A stretch of DNA of 52,413 nt, filler included, from Jimgerdemannia flammicorona (taxonomy: Eukaryota): the NCBI GenBank assembly GCA_003990765.1. It is 2 parts of 2 records of this genome, joined end to end, with 100 filler letters (N's around TTAATTAATTAA, not from the genome) between each part and the next. Parts side by side here need not be neighbours in the genome. Positions count along the whole stretch, not along the records: positions 1 to 26,158 come from RBNJ01000754.1; positions 26,259 to 52,413 come from RBNJ01000755.1. The stretch is one strand, 5' to 3'. Below the pieces are notes generated by a model, which was given only the letters and a program-made list of their open reading frames with translations, was not told the origin of the DNA and did not search any database. Positions 24,293 through 36,940 of this stretch are shown one piece after another; position 1 is the first letter of the stretch, and each line of letters begins with the position of its first letter. A program made the translations under genes and the position numbers.

Positions 24293-26158
24293 ATGAATGG
24301 TAAGGGTGGTGGGAACGTCACGAAAGAGGGAAGGGATAAATAAGGACGAGATTTAAATGAGAAATTATGGTTGTCATTGTAACTAGTAAAAGGAGGGGTT
24401 TTATGTTGAACATTACCCACTCTCGGTAGCTTTACATAGCACATTGAAATAGTGTCAATCGCCTAATCTCACATTTGTAGGTATATACGTGTCTTGGGAC
24501 ATGACGCCTCCTTACGTTATATTGAAGTCTAAATAGTATGCTATGGACAAAACCTTTCCAGTGGCATATTTGAATCCCCTGACAAGTTTCCATTGTCTTG
24601 TTTGGAGGAGCACACGCCAATCGCGCGGCCAGTCACCCAAGAGGTTGGCGCGGCCTCTTTGTAAAACGATCTCGACTGTCCTTAATCAATATACTCCCAT
24701 GTCCAGAGCCTATGTTTCCCTCTGCTGACATGCGCTTTTTGGTATGGCCGTTGGCTTCGAGATGTGGGGGCCATTTTTCTTTTCCGTCCGTCGCACTTGG
24801 GGCATGTATCGGGGAGTAAACTGCCTTTTAAACGGGGAAGGTCGAGCCATCAAGCTTTAGAGATTGCTTCGGAAGGACACAATTATAAAAATATCTTTTG
24901 GATTGTATGAAAAATCTACAAAGAATTGTGGCCCAATTTTCTTTGTGCTTGGCGCGGTTGCAGCAGGCTTGGACATGTGGTTTACCGATGTGCTATTCCG
25001 CGTCGTCGTGGTATTGTCCCTCGGAAAAAATAAAATCACCCGTACGTACCGAATCACACGTCAAAGCCGTGTATTTTGGAATACGTTTTTCCTTTCATGT
25101 GGTAATTCGGAATATCATTCACTTCCCTTCATACAGTAATTCGGAATTCCATTCACTTCCATTCACGCCGTATTTTAATACACGTTTTACTTCACCCCTG
25201 CATTTATCCTCGACACTCAGCTATATTTCGCTTACGAGGACTCAGTTACAAGTGGGGCGCTTCAAGTGTCTTCCATTCACATGATGATCATTCTCGCATT
25301 GTGTGAAAGTTGCTTCTCCCTCCATCCCTTTCTGCAAGTACATAGGCTTGTCTCTATGAGAAATGTCCTTCGCACAAATATGTCCTGCTCACATGCATGT
25401 TGAAAATCAATTTTGAGCTTGGGTTTCAAGCTATTTTCTGGGTGTTTGCTTGCCTACATTATATATTAATTACTACGGTCCGCGGATAGACCATGGTCAT
25501 ATATCCGGTTGTTAACTATGTGGTCGTCAACTATTCTAGACTGCTGGGATAAGTATTTTGTTGTTGATATTTTGACACGGAAATTCGAAGCAAGAATTTC
25601 GACCGTTCCACCCTTTATCTTTTAGGAGAAGGTATGAGTAATTAGTACAAAAAATTCATTCAGAGCGAGTTTTTCGTCTGGTTTATGAACGGGGTCGGGA
25701 TAGTCATTCTCTTCTCCATCGTCTTTTGGTATATCCCAACACTGGTATATTTGCCGGATTGGTGACTGCACTAACAAACATTAAACCTTTTGCTTCCTTC
25801 AAAGTCAATGATATCCTCAATCTTGTCAGTGCGACAAATGAGAACCGGAATGTCTTCGCCATCTAATGGGAAGAGGTTCAGGTGCTGAATACTGATCGGC
25901 GAGTTGTATGTCTAAGCCCCTGCTGCCAACGTTACAATGTCTGGCTAATGGGTTTGCTCATGTGCTCTCAAAGAAAAAAAATCATTAGGAACAGCTTAGA
26001 TAGGCTTGGTTCAAAGCAAATATATACTTCCAAGGATAATGACCAGGAGCCTGAAGATGTGGAACTGATAAACGGATGCTGGCAAGATAATTTTGATGCG
26101 TACGTGCCAATTGAGGACACTGACAGTACATATTTTGCAAGGTCGGAATGTAAAAAAA

Positions 26159-26258
26159 NNNNNNNNNNNNNNNNNNNNNNNNNNNNNNNNNNNNNNNNNN
26201 NNTTAATTAATTAANNNNNNNNNNNNNNNNNNNNNNNNNNNNNNNNNNNNNNNNNNNN
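26159..26258. other. Synthetic gap/contig spacer (44 N + TTAATTAATTAA + 44 N)
   Basis: Exactly 100 nt; the central palindromic 12-mer puts TAA in all six frames, a linker design. Confidence 0.95.
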
Positions 26259-26362
26259 AAGAAAAGGAAAAGGAGGGGGAGAACCCCCAAGGGGAAAAGG
26301 AAAGGGGGAGGGATCGTTGAAATTATAAAAAATAGATCGGAAAAAAAGGGCAGTCCAAACGA

Positions 26363-26404
<42 letters not shown>

Positions 26405-26527
26405 GAAATCATCCTTGGGACTCCATGGTTAAAACAAGAGAACTCTATGATCGATTGGGTAAACCATTCTCTGACCATCAAGAAAGGACACTTACCATAA
26501 ATAATCATCTATAATTAGCTATATAGT

Positions 26528-27639
26528 AGCTAGAAGATTGTGAGCTTACTTTCTACTCTGGTCCACTTTCTGATACAAAGAATGAGTCTGTTTTTAAGAG
26601 AAGTCTACTATATTTTAGTCTGCTTGCTAGATAAGCCTGAAGAGAATTTGAGTTAAATTCCTATAAAGTCTGCCATCATGTTACAAAGCCAGTCTTCTGA
26701 TGCAACTGCCAGTCATTCAATATAACTCTGTACAAATGAAGCCAGTCTCTGATGTAACTTTGCTAAGAAGAATCTGAGTTACTATTCAGGAACCCAATAT
26801 TTCCAGAGAGCTCTATAGGAATCTTACCACAAGCCCATCTATCTGACACAACTTTACAGTAGAGCTAAGTCATTTAATATAACCCTATGTAAACAAAGTC
26901 AGTCTTTGATATAACTTGCTAAGAATTTCCACTATCTGAGTTATTTTCCAGAAGCTCACTGATTCAGAAAGAATCTATATCATCTACTATTTTCAAGTTA
27001 TCTACCATATTTAAGAAGTCAACTGATTTAGAAGAATCTATTCCAAACTGAGTTATCTGAGTTATCTGAATTATCTGCCATCTGAGTTATCTGAATTATC
27101 TGCCATCTAAGTTATTTCTCAGAGAGACTACCAATTCAGAAAGAATTGGTATCATCTGCCATTTTCGAGTTATCTACCATATTTAAAAAGCCTACGGATT
27201 CAGGAGAATCCATATCAAACTAAATTATCCAAGTTATCCAAAATATCTGCCATCTGAGTTATTTCCCAGAGAGACTGCTGATTTAGGAAAATCCACAATC
27301 AAATCAAGTTATCAGCTAAATTTAAAGAAGAAAACCACTAAATTAGCAGACCATCATACTACATAAGATCATTTTGCCAGAAATTGCTTATTTTCAGAGA
27401 TCATAATGCCATACAGAGACTGTCATACTATTTGCTGCTATACCTAAGAACTATCCCAATAAGAAAATCACCAAGATCTCTCATAGATATCCAGCTTTCA
27501 CTATTATACTACTAAATACTAAGAATCTCAGAAATCTTAGAATATTTTATTACTTTTTGACAAAGTAACTATAGGCTCAAGCCAAACTACATCAAACCCC
27601 AACCTTGTAATTTGCCTCCATTGAGCCAGGTACATTACA
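26528..27639 (+). mobile_element. Decayed, 5'-truncated LTR of family A (solo or 3' LTR), opposite orientation to the element at 38351-47542
   Basis: Matches the reverse complement of ~46042-47104 and ends at the same ...TTACA terminus; no PBS follows. Confidence 0.85.
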
Positions 27640-28067
27640 ATGCATATACAATATTTAAGGAGAAAGATCTATAGTCTTTATAATTTAAAAACAGAACCAC
27701 CAACTCTATAACAATCTATATTATCCCTGGACTAGTGAAAATGAACTTTGTTTATCAAATTTCTTATCTTCAAATCAAAAATATCAAATAGAGTGACTGA
27801 TGAATTTATGGATGCTATCAGTAAAGATTATATAGTAATAGATAGTTTGAATGTCTTGAGTCACAGTATATAGATATTATCAAAGACTGACAATGCAATC
27901 TATGTTCTGAAATATATATTTGAATACTAAAGCTGATCATATATTATTATATATATTAATTCATTTATATATAATTATATATATAGAAAATCTTTAGAAA
28001 AAATATTCCACCTTTCTAAAATTATGAAATATGGACTGGAGAGTATGTCCTCTATTATCAAAACCCC

Positions 28068-28527
28068 TGTAATGGTTTTAGTTTCTTTAAGAGGAAGTAA
28101 CTAAGTTCAGGTGATTCTGGTAGACCTGAAGTAGTTCAAAAAGATACTTAAAGGTTTTAGTATTCTCAAAGAAATTCTGGAAGAAAATATTCTGAGCTTT
28201 ATTCAAGCAAAGAATAAGGATATTTATAGAATCTAAAAGAAAGATCTGAAAGGTTCTCTGAAAAAAAGCAAAAAGCCAAAAAATGGGTTTTCAGCAAAGA
28301 TGACTAATAATATTCTACTATATTCCAAAAGGTTCTATAACTAGCTAAGATATAAGACTTAGTTCTAAGAAAAGACAAAAATGTTCTAATGAAGTCTTGG
28401 TGCTAAGAGAAGATTTCCAGACAATCAAAAGATGCTGGAATAAGATAGAATATATAAGAAAAGGTAAGAAAAGACTAGCAAAAAAAATACTAAGACTAAA
28501 ATATGATAATGAAATTATTACATCACA
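28068..28527 (-). mobile_element. 3' LTR (family C, ~460 nt) of the chromovirus remnant
   Basis: Imperfect inverted termini TGTAATG...CATCACA; on the minus strand it follows a purine tract (AAGAAGAA, 28528-28535) and contains TATAAAT then AATAAA; lies downstream of the integrase once the LINE is removed. Confidence 0.65.
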
Positions 28528-28637
28528 TTCTTCTTAAGAACCAATGTTCTTATTAATTCTTAGGTAATATAAGACTAAATATACTTAACCAAAATTTCTA
28601 AAACTTATATTGGTATATTGATAAGAACTAGCCATCC

Positions 28638-31600
28638 CGGTACCTCTTAGGTTACACAACTTTTGGAAAGCAACTACAATATCGTTTTTGGAGAAAAGAG
28701 ACTAGCAACATAGTGACTGACAGGCAATCTGAGGTGCATACTGGGTAGGGTGGCCCGAGCGCATTTGACTGGCAGCACATGGGGAGAGGCCCTGGCCTGG
28801 GGGGAGATATGAGGGGGCTGCTGGTAGGTAGATAAGGTAGGGAAGGAGGCAGAAGTAGAGGACAGAGATCAGAGAGGGTGAGCTTTGTGAGACAGTGAAG
28901 GGGAGAAGGCAGATGATGGGACTGGAGGGTTGGTTGAGAAAAGGCAAGGAAATGGAGAAGGCAATAGTACATGGGAGAGTAGCCCTTGGCAGAGGGAGCA
29001 GTGGGGCTGGAGGTGTAGCAGCTGGGGGGAGTGTGATGGCTGATGGAGACAGGACTGCTAATCTGGAAAAAAATCCAGATGTGACAGTGGATGGTGCAGC
29101 TGAGTGACTGGGGCTTGGGAGATAAGGAGATTTGGCAGATGGTGTGATAGGCCTGGCAGTGGCACCATTACTCAAAAAATCGATCTCAGTATTTGCAGTA
29201 ATACTATGCTTCCAGGACAGCAAAAATGGTACTGGGGCTGATTGCTAAGCAGGTGGCTGGAGTGGCATCTGTAAAGTTTTTGAAGAGACTGGATGGAGTG
29301 GAGGTGGGCTTTGAGGAGGCTGAGCCTTTGGAGAAAGTATTGAAGGTTGGATTGATAGTTGGAGAGGTGTATGTTCCAATGGCATGGTGCCTGAAATGGG
29401 ATCCCAGAGTGATCCAACTGCTGGTGAAAGGGGTGCTCACAGTGACAGTGATGGAGACAAGAAAGAGAGTTGAGAAGGTTATAGCAGAGTATAGAGAGTT
29501 GGTGGATATTGGATTCAGGGTCTGGGAGGGGACCTCACTCAGGACTGGAGATGTAGATGTGAGGATTCAGCTGGCAGAAAAGGAGGCCACCAGGAAGACA
29601 GGGACTGACCTTCCAGTATAGTCTGGGGGGTGATCATGTGCAAGGTAACAAGGGTGAAGGAGAGTGAGGAGGAGGAAGAGGACCTATTGGAAGTACTGGA
29701 AGAGTTGAGTGGTGTGGTGGAATGGCAGGTGAAGGCTTGGAAGGCCTTTGAGGAGGTGAGGTAGTGGATGGGAAGTAGATTTGAGTGAGTAAGGAGCAGT
29801 AGGAATGAGATCAGGGATATAAGAGACAGAGGGAACTGCTGGTGAAGATGAAGGGTAGGCCTCAGAAGGATATGAGTAAGATGGTGGACATGGGGGGGGC
29901 CAAAGTGAGTGTCTGGGCAGGTGAGGGAAGTGGGAGTGCTGGGAAGGGGACTGGCAAGAACAGGGAGGTGACTGGCAAGGACCTGTATGCAGATGGTATG
30001 CTGGAGGTTTGGGATGAGACATGGGAGGACTCTCCTACCCCTACTTCCCTTATCAGGTGGGGCCCAGCTTTCCAAAGTAGGGTGGTAGAGAATGTATCAA
30101 TGCAAGGGGCCCAGTGAGTGCAATTTGGAGTCCTGGAGATGGCGAAAGGGGGACAAGTGGTGGCAGTTGGTGAGGAGGAACTAGTGGACATCCCAGAGGA
30201 GTAGGATGAGGCTGTGAGTGCTGGGGCTGACACCACAATGCTGGATGGTGGGAGGCTGGCGACCTCTGGAGGAAAGGAGGTGGGGAACCTACTTTGGATA
30301 TGCAGGATAATGAACAACCTGGTGGCCAAGGAGCTGGGAGAGGTGGATTTGAGGGTAATGAGTGATGAGCATTGGGTGAGAATCCTGTAGAGGGAGGGGG
30401 TGGTGATGGCATTGAAGGCAGAAATTCTTGCAGTGTATCTGGAGGAGGAGGGCTATGAGGTAGATAAGGAGTGGGAGGCAGAGATGGCAGGAGTTGCAGG
30501 AGAGAGGGCTGAATACTGCTGGACCAAGTATCATGGACTGTAGCTCTGGCAGGAAGCCTGTCTGGAGTACCACGAGGAATTCAAGGAGAAGGCAGATGGG
30601 GAGATGAATGAACTGTTGGCTGGACTGGAGGCTCAGAGGGCTGAAGAGGAGGCAGTGACCATAGAACATAATCTGGACTCGGCACAGGAGGAGATAAATA
30701 TAGAGCAGTAAAGAAAGCTTGATAATATACCATTTTTTACTATAAATAGTACAACTAACATTTTTTCTTTGAACATGAATGGGTTACAGGGTACTCATCA
30801 ATGTAAGAACATTTTTACTTGGCTGAAGGGATTGGAGGCCAATCTCTTCCTCTTGCAGGATGTCAGGTGTGAGGATGACTTGGATAGACTGGAATGGATG
30901 AAGGAGTGGGGAGGTGAGACAGTCTGGAAGGGCAAGGTTGGGATTCTGGTGTAGAAAGGCAGAGGGGAGATAAGGGATATGTGGAGCTGGGGGGATAGAT
31001 TGGTCTAGGGAGAGTGGATACACACAGATTGGGAGCCAGTTATGGTGGACTCCTATTACTGCCCTGCAGTACAGGGTGAGTGTGTGAATTGGGTGAAGAG
31101 TCTACAGGATAGTGGAATTCTTGTAGAGGTTGGGGTGGATGTGCTCAGGGGGGACTTCAATATGGTCCAAGATGTGTTGAGGGATAGAACTGATGGAGGA
31201 TAAGGAGCTGAGGGTCGGAGTGGAGGACTGGCAGCATGGGAGGAAGTGGAAAGACTGAGTGCTCTGGTGGATGCAGGTAGAGAATGTTGGGGGGATAGGA
31301 GGGTATATATGCACTGGGCTGGGGGCCTGGAGATGAGGATTGATTGGATTCTGACCTGGGGCTTGGATGTTTGGAAGTCACTAGAGGTGGAATGGTGTCC
31401 TTGGTCGGATCATTGGGGGCTTTTAGGGCAGGGACATTTTGGGGGAAGTGGGGATGGGCCTGGACATTGGCATCTCAATTCCTCCTTACTAGATGATAAG
31501 ATCCAGTGAGATGAGTGGGCTGAAGACATTCAACTGCAAGTGGAGTACTGGAAGCAGAAAGGTGCCCCAGTTGCTATTCGGTGGATGAGGATGAAGGAGA

Positions 31601-34476
31601 TGGCCAGGACCTTCTGGAGTGAGGCTGGTAAGGAGGCTGGGAAACAGAGGAGGTGGCAGGTGCAGTGGGCTTCTAGTAGACTGTCTAGACTCTTGGAGGA
31701 ATGGGCAAGACTGGTGACATTGGAGGGGAAGGAGGACTGGAGACTGATAAGAGTAAGATTGGAGGTGGTTAAACTACAACAGATGCTACGGAATGAGGAA
31801 GAGGCAAGGGTCCAGGGTCTGGTGGCATAGCTTCATTGGCAGGGGTTGGAGGAAGGAGAGCAGCCCTCAAAGTTTCTCACAAGAGCTCTTTAGGCAAGAA
31901 GGGTGCAACAAAGATAGGAGGGGGTGCTTGATGCTGATGGTATATTAGTGCATAGTGTACAAGACATTCTTGGATCATTAAAGGAGTATTGGAGTGGATT
32001 ATAGAGTGAGAAGGAGGGTGGGGCAGATACTGAGGACATTGACTGAGCGTTGGAGGATTGGCACCCTATACAAGCAGATGGGCTGGGTGACTTAGTACTG
32101 CTAGTGCAAGAGGAGGAGATCTGCCAGGTTCTTGCCACAACAACTTTGGGTATGGCACCTGGGCAGGATGGTCTGCCCTGGGACTTCTGGAAAAAGATGG
32201 TAGGAGTCTCAGGAGTACTGAAAGAGATGATGGCACTGTATGATTGGATTCTACAGATGGGGAGATGGGTGGGAGACCAGGATCTGGGGCTGGTGACATT
32301 GCTTTATAAAAACATAGGAAGGCGAGAGGACTGGAAGAACTAGAGGCCAATTATTCTACTGGATATGGACAGAAAGTTGGTTACCAAGGTGGTGGTCACA
32401 AGGTTGCAAAAGGTGGCCCAGCAAGTCTTGGGTGATGAGCAGAGGGGCTTTGTTGGAGGCTGGCTCATCAGAGATGGCACAGTATGTGTTCATGGAGTTA
32501 TTGAAGGGGCACAAGCCAGTGGACTAGATGAGTATCTAGTCTGTCTGAACCAGGAGAAGGCTTATGACCAAGTGCAATAGGTCTGGCTGGTGAAAGTATT
32601 GGATAGGATTGGGGTCCCACACCAGTTCAGAACAGCCATGGTCAGCCTACTGGAAGGAAGTAGGGCTGCACTCATGTATAATGGACACAGAGAGTTAGCA
32701 TTTCCCCTGGATAGGGGGGTGCCCCAGGGGGACCCACTGTCCCCCATTTTGTATGCTCTTTCTCTGGAGCCTTTCATAGATAGAATCAGGCAGAAGATAG
32801 TGGGACTCTCTATCTTTGGCATTGGGTGGAAAGTAGGGGCATTTGCAGATGACATAGTGGTCAGCCTGTGATTAATTGCAGATGTAGAGAAGCTCAAGAA
32901 GACAGTGGAGTGGTATGAGGCAAACTCCAGGGCTAGGCTTAATTGGCATAAGTGCAAAACATTGGTGTTAGGCAATGGTCTGGTGGGAGGGGAGATTATT
33001 GGTACCATTATCCCTACTGGTGAGGCAGTATGGTACTTGGGTACTTATATGTCAGTATATGGGTCAGTTCTGCCTAGACTTTGGTGGGAGCAGTGGGTTG
33101 GCATCTGGGAGGAGGCCCTGTAGAGTTGTGGGGGCCACCAACTGTCTCTGGCAGGATGCATTTCAATTCTGAACGTCTATTGGCTGCCAAAGTTGTGGTA
33201 TCTGGCTTATTATCTGGACTTCCCAGCTTGGGTGGTGAAGTGATTGATGAAGCTGGCCAAGGGGTGGATCTGGGCTGGAAGGCAGAGTCAGATCAGCTGG
33301 AAGGTCTTATTCTTACCAGTGGTGAGTGGGGGACTTGGGCTGGTGGACTTTCCTAAGAGGCTGCACTGCTTGAGAGCATGGTGGCTAAAGTTAGTGGTGG
33401 AGTTGAGAGGGGGTGGTTGGGTCCCCCTACTGCAGAAAGTCTGGGAGATGAGGTCCTCTCCAAGGGGTTTGACTGGTAATCTCCTAGCACTTGTGGACCT
33501 TCAGAACACTGAACAATTGCAATACAAAGGCTTCTGGTGGAGAGTGGCAGAGGGGGCATGCTGCATTGGAATTAGGTGGCAGAGAAATGAAGGGGAGGCA
33601 GCTTGGGACCCAGCGATGTGGAGATGGGACCAAGTGTTACTGAGTGGTATTCCCTTAATTGAGTTTGACATTTGTAATGAGATTGAATACCAATGGGGAC
33701 TGGGCCAGGACCTGTGGCCTAGCAGTTGGCAAGGAGTAGGAATTGGCGAGGAGTGGGACTAGCATAGTATTTGGGCCTGGAGTGCTGAGGTGAGGTGGTG
33801 GCTGCTGCCAAAGTACTGGGTGATCTGGTGGTGTGTATTGAGGCAGAATGTCATGCTCAACTTCTGCTCAGATCACCTTATTGAGGAAGGTTGCTTCGAC
33901 TATAAAGAGTGTTTAAATGTAGGGCAGGAAGGGGAATATGTACAGATGCCTGAACATTGGCTAGGAGAGTGTGAGGTACTTAGTACCTTTTGGAAGAACA
34001 TTGGGGATCATTTGGAGGTAGTGTGTAGGGGAGCTGGCATGTGGGGGTAATGGGAGGATTTAAGGGATAGATTGGAGGGGGGGGTGGGGAAGGAATGACT
34101 GACATTAGGCTGGGCTTTGGCCATTTGGGTGGGGCTGGCCAGTCACTGGTTGTTTGTTTTTGAGGATAGGAGGATACTTGGCTCAGAGGTCAGGCTGCTG
34201 AGGTAGCATAGCCTTATGGAAGACACCTTGACAGGCTGGTGGCTTGGTTGAGGGTTACAGGGGGGTCGAAGGTGTCATTTGATAGAGAAAATCTGTAGGC
34301 AGAGTGGGGGGAGGGTTAGAGTTGTGGGTGAGAAAGTGGTCTTTGTTCATATAGGTGGAGGGAGTGGTACTCCTATGGGGATTGGGTAGTGGAAGAGTCT
34401 TCTGTAAACTTATTGATAGATAGGTAATAAATGGCAGAGTCCAAGTGACTATAATAAAAAAAAAAAAAAAAAAAAA
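28638..34476 (+). mobile_element. Full-length (~5.8 kb) L1/Tx1-like LINE, inactivated by stops and frameshifts
   Basis: 15-bp target-site duplication AAGAACTAGCCATCC (28623-28637 and 34477-34491), AATAAA running into a poly-A tail, ORF1 remnant ~28700-30710 and ORF2 with EN, RT and C-terminal Cys/His motifs. Confidence 0.93.
30742..34389 (+). pseudogene. LINE ORF2 (APE endonuclease - reverse transcriptase - zf-RVT-like), multiple in-frame stops
   Basis: EN motifs SLNMNG, LQDV, GDFN, RIDWIL, SDHW; RT motifs PGQDGLP, QEKAYD, GVPQGDPLSPILY, AFADD, YLG; C-terminal C...C...EHWLGEC. Start codon reads ATA where copy 3 has ATG (49944). Confidence 0.9.
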
Positions 34477-34491
34477 AAGAACTAGCCATCC

Positions 34492-36000
34492 TTGTATAGG
34501 ACAGAGGGGCTATTATCAGACTAACCAACTGAGAGTAATTTGAACTCAGCTATTAGCTACATTTTGGTAGACTTCTTGTTCACTAGATGTTCTGTTAGTT
34601 CTAGAGTCCCAAAGTAAACTTCTGACATATAAGATACTGATTATTGTCATAGGTCATCAATAATCTAAAGAAGTCACTATAGGGATTAGGTTATATATTT
34701 TACCTCAAAATCTTGAACCAGATCTTGAGAGTTTTAGAGATTGATAAAAAGTTCTCAGATAGTATCATATTCAGGATAGCTCATCCACTTAACCAGATAT
34801 TTAGGATTACAGTAGTAGGTTTGTTTGTCAAAAATTTTCCCAAATTCATACTCAATATGATCTTCAATAATTACAGGGGTAGATGGTTTGGAAATTTAAC
34901 CAGAGTAGAGTGGTGACTGGTTCCAGGTCTTGAGATGTGATCTATGAAAGACTGGGTATATTCTTATGATTTCAGATAACTTGAGATAGTAGGAGGATAT
35001 ATAGACTTGTTCAGTAATCTTAAAGGATTCAATATACTTGAGTTAAAACTTATTCAATAGATGGTTGACTTGAGATAATATCTTGAGGTTCTCAGTTGAC
35101 TATAAGACTTGATTACCAATAGTATAGGTGACATTATGGCATTACTTGTTAGTATACTTAGATTGATACTATTGGGCCTTCTGGAGGTTCATAGTAGCAA
35201 TCTTGAGTAGTTTATCTATTTTGTCTATGAGGTTCTTGGTAGTAGAGACTTGTATTTGACTACTTTTCTTGAAAGAGACTAGACTTGCAGGGGTCTCAGG
35301 ATCTTGATAAAGGAGTAGCAAAAAAGGAAAAATATCAATAGATGATTGGATGGTATTATTGTATATAAATTCTATATAGGTCAAGTATTGATCCCAATTA
35401 TCTTGTTCATAAAAAACATAGTTTCTGAGTATCTGTTCTAGAGTTCTGTTCATGTTCTCAGTTTGTCCATCAGTTTATAGATGAAAAGTAGTAAATATAG
35501 CAAATTGGATTCCCAGAGTCTTTAAGAGAGTTTGCCAAAAGTAACTGATGAACTTGAGCTCACAATTACTGACAATTACTTATAGTAGGCCATAGTGATG
35601 GAAGATAGAATTGAAGAAGATTCTTACAATCTCTGATATAGTAGCATTGGTAGTAGTTGGTTCAGAAACCAGAGTTTTGATTAGACAGTAAACAAATATG
35701 GTTATAACATCAGCACCAGATTGTATATATAGTAGTTAAGTTACAAAGTCTATTGTAACTTGCTTAAATTTGTTAATCAGAATTAGTCATAGTTATAGCA
35801 AACCAGCTAGTACTTGGTTGGTAGACTTGTTGTTCTAATAGAGGTTATAGCTGGTAATATAGTTCTTGATTTTCTTAACTATACTTAACTAATAGTAGTA
35901 ACACTAGATGTTCTTAACTGTTTTCTCAATTCTATAATAACTAGCAAGGAGAGAATCATGGTGTTCTTGTAGTATCTTATAGCAAAGGTTCATATTATGA
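34492..36000 (-). mobile_element. Ty3/Gypsy chromovirus remnant (family C): integrase + chromodomain, heavily decayed
   Basis: Minus strand reads HDSLLASYYRIEKT (decayed HHCC region), NRTLEQILRNYVFYEQDNWDQYL (IN core) and KYLVKWMSYPEYDTI*EL (~34750-34803, chromodomain). Continues at 28528-28637 across the LINE TSD. Confidence 0.85.
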
Positions 36001-36940
36001 GCCATCTTTCTCCAGTAACATTCAGATTACACAATCTTTTAGTAACACTTTTGATACAGTTTCTGGAGAAAAGCTACTAGTATCATAGCAACCAATGAGC
36101 ATTCCAAGATATATACTGGGCAGGGTAGCCCAGGTGCATTCAACTGGCAGTATATAGGGAGGGGCTCTGGCTTGGGTGGAAGCATGAGGGGCCTGCTGGT
36201 GGGAGGCCATAGTAGGGGAGAGGGCAGTGCTGGAGGCCAGGAGATAGGAAGGGTGAGCTTTGTGGAGAAGGTGAAGGGGGGTCAGCAGGGAGCTGGGCTG
36301 GAGAGGTAGCTGAGGGGGGAAAAGGTGACAGCAAAGACTGCAGGACAGTGGCCTCCAGTGAGAGTCTCTCTGGGGGGCTGGAGTAGTGGAGCTGGTGGTG
36401 TGGGGGCTAAGGAGGTGACTGCTGATAGAAGCATAATGGGTGATCAGGAAAAAAATCTAGATGAGACTGCTGATAGTAGACTGAGCAGTGGGAATAGCAT
36501 AAGGCCAAGCAATCTGATGGATGGTGTAATGGGACTGGTGGTAGCACCATTACTCAAGAAGTTGATCTCAGAGTTTGCAGTCACCTTATACTTCCAGGGC
36601 TTGGCAGTGATAGTGAAAATGGTCTTGGGGCTAATTGCTAAACAGGTGGCAGAAGTAATATCTGTGAAGTTTCTGAAGAGACTAGAAGGAGTAGAGGTGG
36701 GCTTTGAGGAGACTGGACCATTGGAGGAGGCACTGAAGACAGGATTGACAATTGGAGAGGTGTGTGTTCTGATAGTATACTGTCTGAGGTGGGACCCCAA
36801 GGTGGTGCAATTGCTAGTGAAGAGGGTGTCTATAGTGATGGCTGAGGAGACAAGGAGGAGGGTTGTAGATATTATGACAGAGTATAGTAAGATGGTCAAT
36901 GTTGGGTTCTAGGTCTGAGTGGGGACCTCATTTAGGACTA
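36000..36940 (+). mobile_element. 5' fragment of a second LINE copy (5' UTR + N-terminal ORF1), 3'-truncated
   Basis: VKMVLGLIAKQVAEVISVKFLKRLEGVEVGFEE matches ORF1 at 29226; 5' end CCAGTAACATTCAGATTACACAA resembles the starts of the other two LINEs; homology stops at ~36940. Confidence 0.85.

Noticed and set aside
25600..26158. Possible spliced gene fragment before the gap
   Set aside because: Splice-like signals are present, but candidate frames have stops or no motif, and the region is cut by the gap.
26259..26510. Purine-rich stretch and ~40-nt poly-A as a retrocopy tail
   Set aside because: Directly next to the gap with low-complexity character; more likely a poor-quality contig end.
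26528..27639. Missing part of element A's 3' LTR
   Set aside because: Opposite orientation and more decayed than element A's LTRs; treated as an independent copy.
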